A DNA stretch of 64,000 nucleotides from Octopus sinensis (lineage: Eukaryota): positions 66,402,001-66,466,000 of the forward strand of contig NC_043006.1 of assembly GCF_006345805.1 (NCBI RefSeq), read 5' to 3'. Position 1 is the first letter of the stretch. Every line of letters begins with the position of its first letter. Positions 62,201 to 64,000 of the stretch are shown piece after piece. The notes beneath the pieces are model-generated. The model made no database searches, had not been told where the DNA came from, and was given only the letters and a program-made list of their open reading frames with translations. The translations under genes were made by a program, and so were the position numbers.

Positions 62201-63317
62201 GTATCAAAATTGTTTATAACAAGAGAGAAATAAAACCTCATTCGGGATATCGTTAAATGGTAATCTGCAGGATACGAGAAAGGGTGAAATAATTGTCATT
62301 CTCGTGCCCACAGAACTGAAATACCATTTTTATGGAGACATTCGAATTATTACAAATGGTAGACAGATCTTTCTCAAATTATATTATAACGTCTTCAAAA
62401 AATCATGTTACACAATGTGACTCAACAGTCACACTTGAATTAGGAAGACGGTCATTACTGGAAGGACTTTGATGAAATGTCTTCATCAAGTGGTGACTTC
62501 AGGATGAACAACAACAACAACAACAACAACAGCAGCAGTAGCGGCAGCAGCAGCTGAACTTAACGTTAAAAAACACGTGGAAAATAGAAAGATGTTACTT
62601 AGCCTTTCGAACCGCTAGAAATAACAGTTAAAATCCCTCGAAGCACATGCAAACGTCTTTATAAACCACGATACATTAGGGTGTTATAATCTCGAGTGCA
62701 ACATTCTGGAACAAAAAAAAATGTCTGCGGGATGTTTATTTGGATAATTTTGGAAGCTATTTCAGCAATGACCATGCATTTTTTATACAATGGGTATCAA
62801 CTTGTCTAATCCTCAACAGAAACATCATCATCATCATCACCACCACCACAACCAACAACAAGAACAGCAACAACCATAGCAACTGTCCGTAACCAGTTAA
62901 TAATAAGTTGTTAGTTATTCAGTGAAAAAAAAGAAAAAGAAAGAAGCAGAGACTGGGAAATTTGATGTAGTTTCCTTTGGCAAAAAAATGAATCGGCGAA
63001 ATTGTTTTGTTCGAAACATAAATATTGCCGTTTTTTCCACCACATGCGGCCGACATATTGAGTTCTCGTGGTATTAGTTATTCTGGCAAAATTCACGGAA
63101 ATTTCGTTGAAAGAAATTCGAATTTCAGACAAACACGCAAGGTGCAATATTTTTGTGTCATTTTGCGTGACTAAATTTTTCGCAAAGCTTGCAATGAAAT
63201 GAAGGCCAAAGAAACTGCATTATTAGACACCATTATGTTGTGCTAAATTATATTAGAAGCCATTATACAATGTTAGAAATTACTATTAGCATCGACATCA
63301 TCAGAATTATTATTATT

Positions 63318-63430
63318 AGTCAGATTTTCATTGCGTGTTTTCACTGCAATACCGAGCACAGCTCTGTGTGCCTTGGGTATCAGCGATGCATTGTTTGTTA
63401 AGCTTTTATTTTCTGTTGTATAGAATGTCC

Positions 63431-63433
<3 letters not shown>
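63318..63433 (-). mobile_element. 3'-UTR-only stub related to the 57561-61730 LINE
   Basis: gcgtg(t/c)tttcact..cgagc(a/g)cagctctgtgtgcctt matches 57579-57625; (TTA)n on both flanks. Confidence 0.75.
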
Positions 63434-63472
<39 letters not shown>

Positions 63473-63512
63473 TTATTATTATTATTATTATTATTATCAT
63501 CATCATCATCAT

Positions 63513-63650
63513 AAGGGTGGAGAACTGACAGAATCAGTCATATGTCAGACAAAATGCTTAGCGGCATTTCGTCCGTCCTTACGTACGGAGCGCAAATTTT
63601 TCCGACATCGAGTGTGCCTATTATCGTTTCGGGATCGATAAATTAAATGC
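63513..63650 (+). mobile_element. Diverged SINE family A
   Basis: aaatgcttagcggcatttcgtcc..cgggatcgataaattaa. Confidence 0.65.
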
Positions 63651-63717
63651 CAGATAATTTTTGTTACAAATATTATTGTTACTATTAATATTATCATCAT
63701 TATCACCACCATCAACA

Positions 63718-63755
<38 letters not shown>

Positions 63756-63775
63756 CATCATCATCATCATCATAA

Positions 63776-63834
<59 letters not shown>

Positions 63835-64000
63835 GTTACCATTATTATTATTACTATTATTGTTATTGTTACTATTATTCTTACTATTATCATCCTCATC
63901 ATCCTCATCATTATTATCATTATCATTATTATTATCATTATCATTATCATTATTATTATCATCATCATCATCATCGTCATCATGATTATTATTATAATTA

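Overview
Eukaryotic, AT-rich, microsatellite-saturated DNA with no host protein-coding gene, rRNA, intact tRNA or prokaryotic feature that I can support. There is one 100-N gap at 19371-19470. The SINE repertoire and the density of (AT)n/(ATAC)n/(AAT)n/(GATA)n suggest a cephalopod, probably Octopus, intron or intergenic region (inference from recognition, not from a search). Nearly all long ORFs in the track are translated simple repeats. Recognisable coding sequence is all transposon-derived: R4/Dong-type RLE LINEs (one near full length, one 5'-truncated with an intact 545-aa ORF, several stubs, almost all in (TAA)n tracts), a second RLE family, CR1, RTE with C-terminal C2H2 fingers, Tx1/L1, a Penelope-like element, Tc1, DD37D-, DD41D- and mariner-type DNA transposons, and two Helitrons. 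At least three tRNA-derived SINE families are present in many copies. Best leads: (1) a U6 snRNA 5' fragment fused to a SINE dimer, with a paralogous empty site nearby; (2) a SINE whose 3' tail matches the Tx1 LINE 3' end and which forms concatemers with a fixed junction; (3) five hammerhead-ribozyme-like cores in two Penelope-type repeat families, including an inverted pair; (4) a near-perfect 49-bp hairpin built from a Dong-type 3' end.
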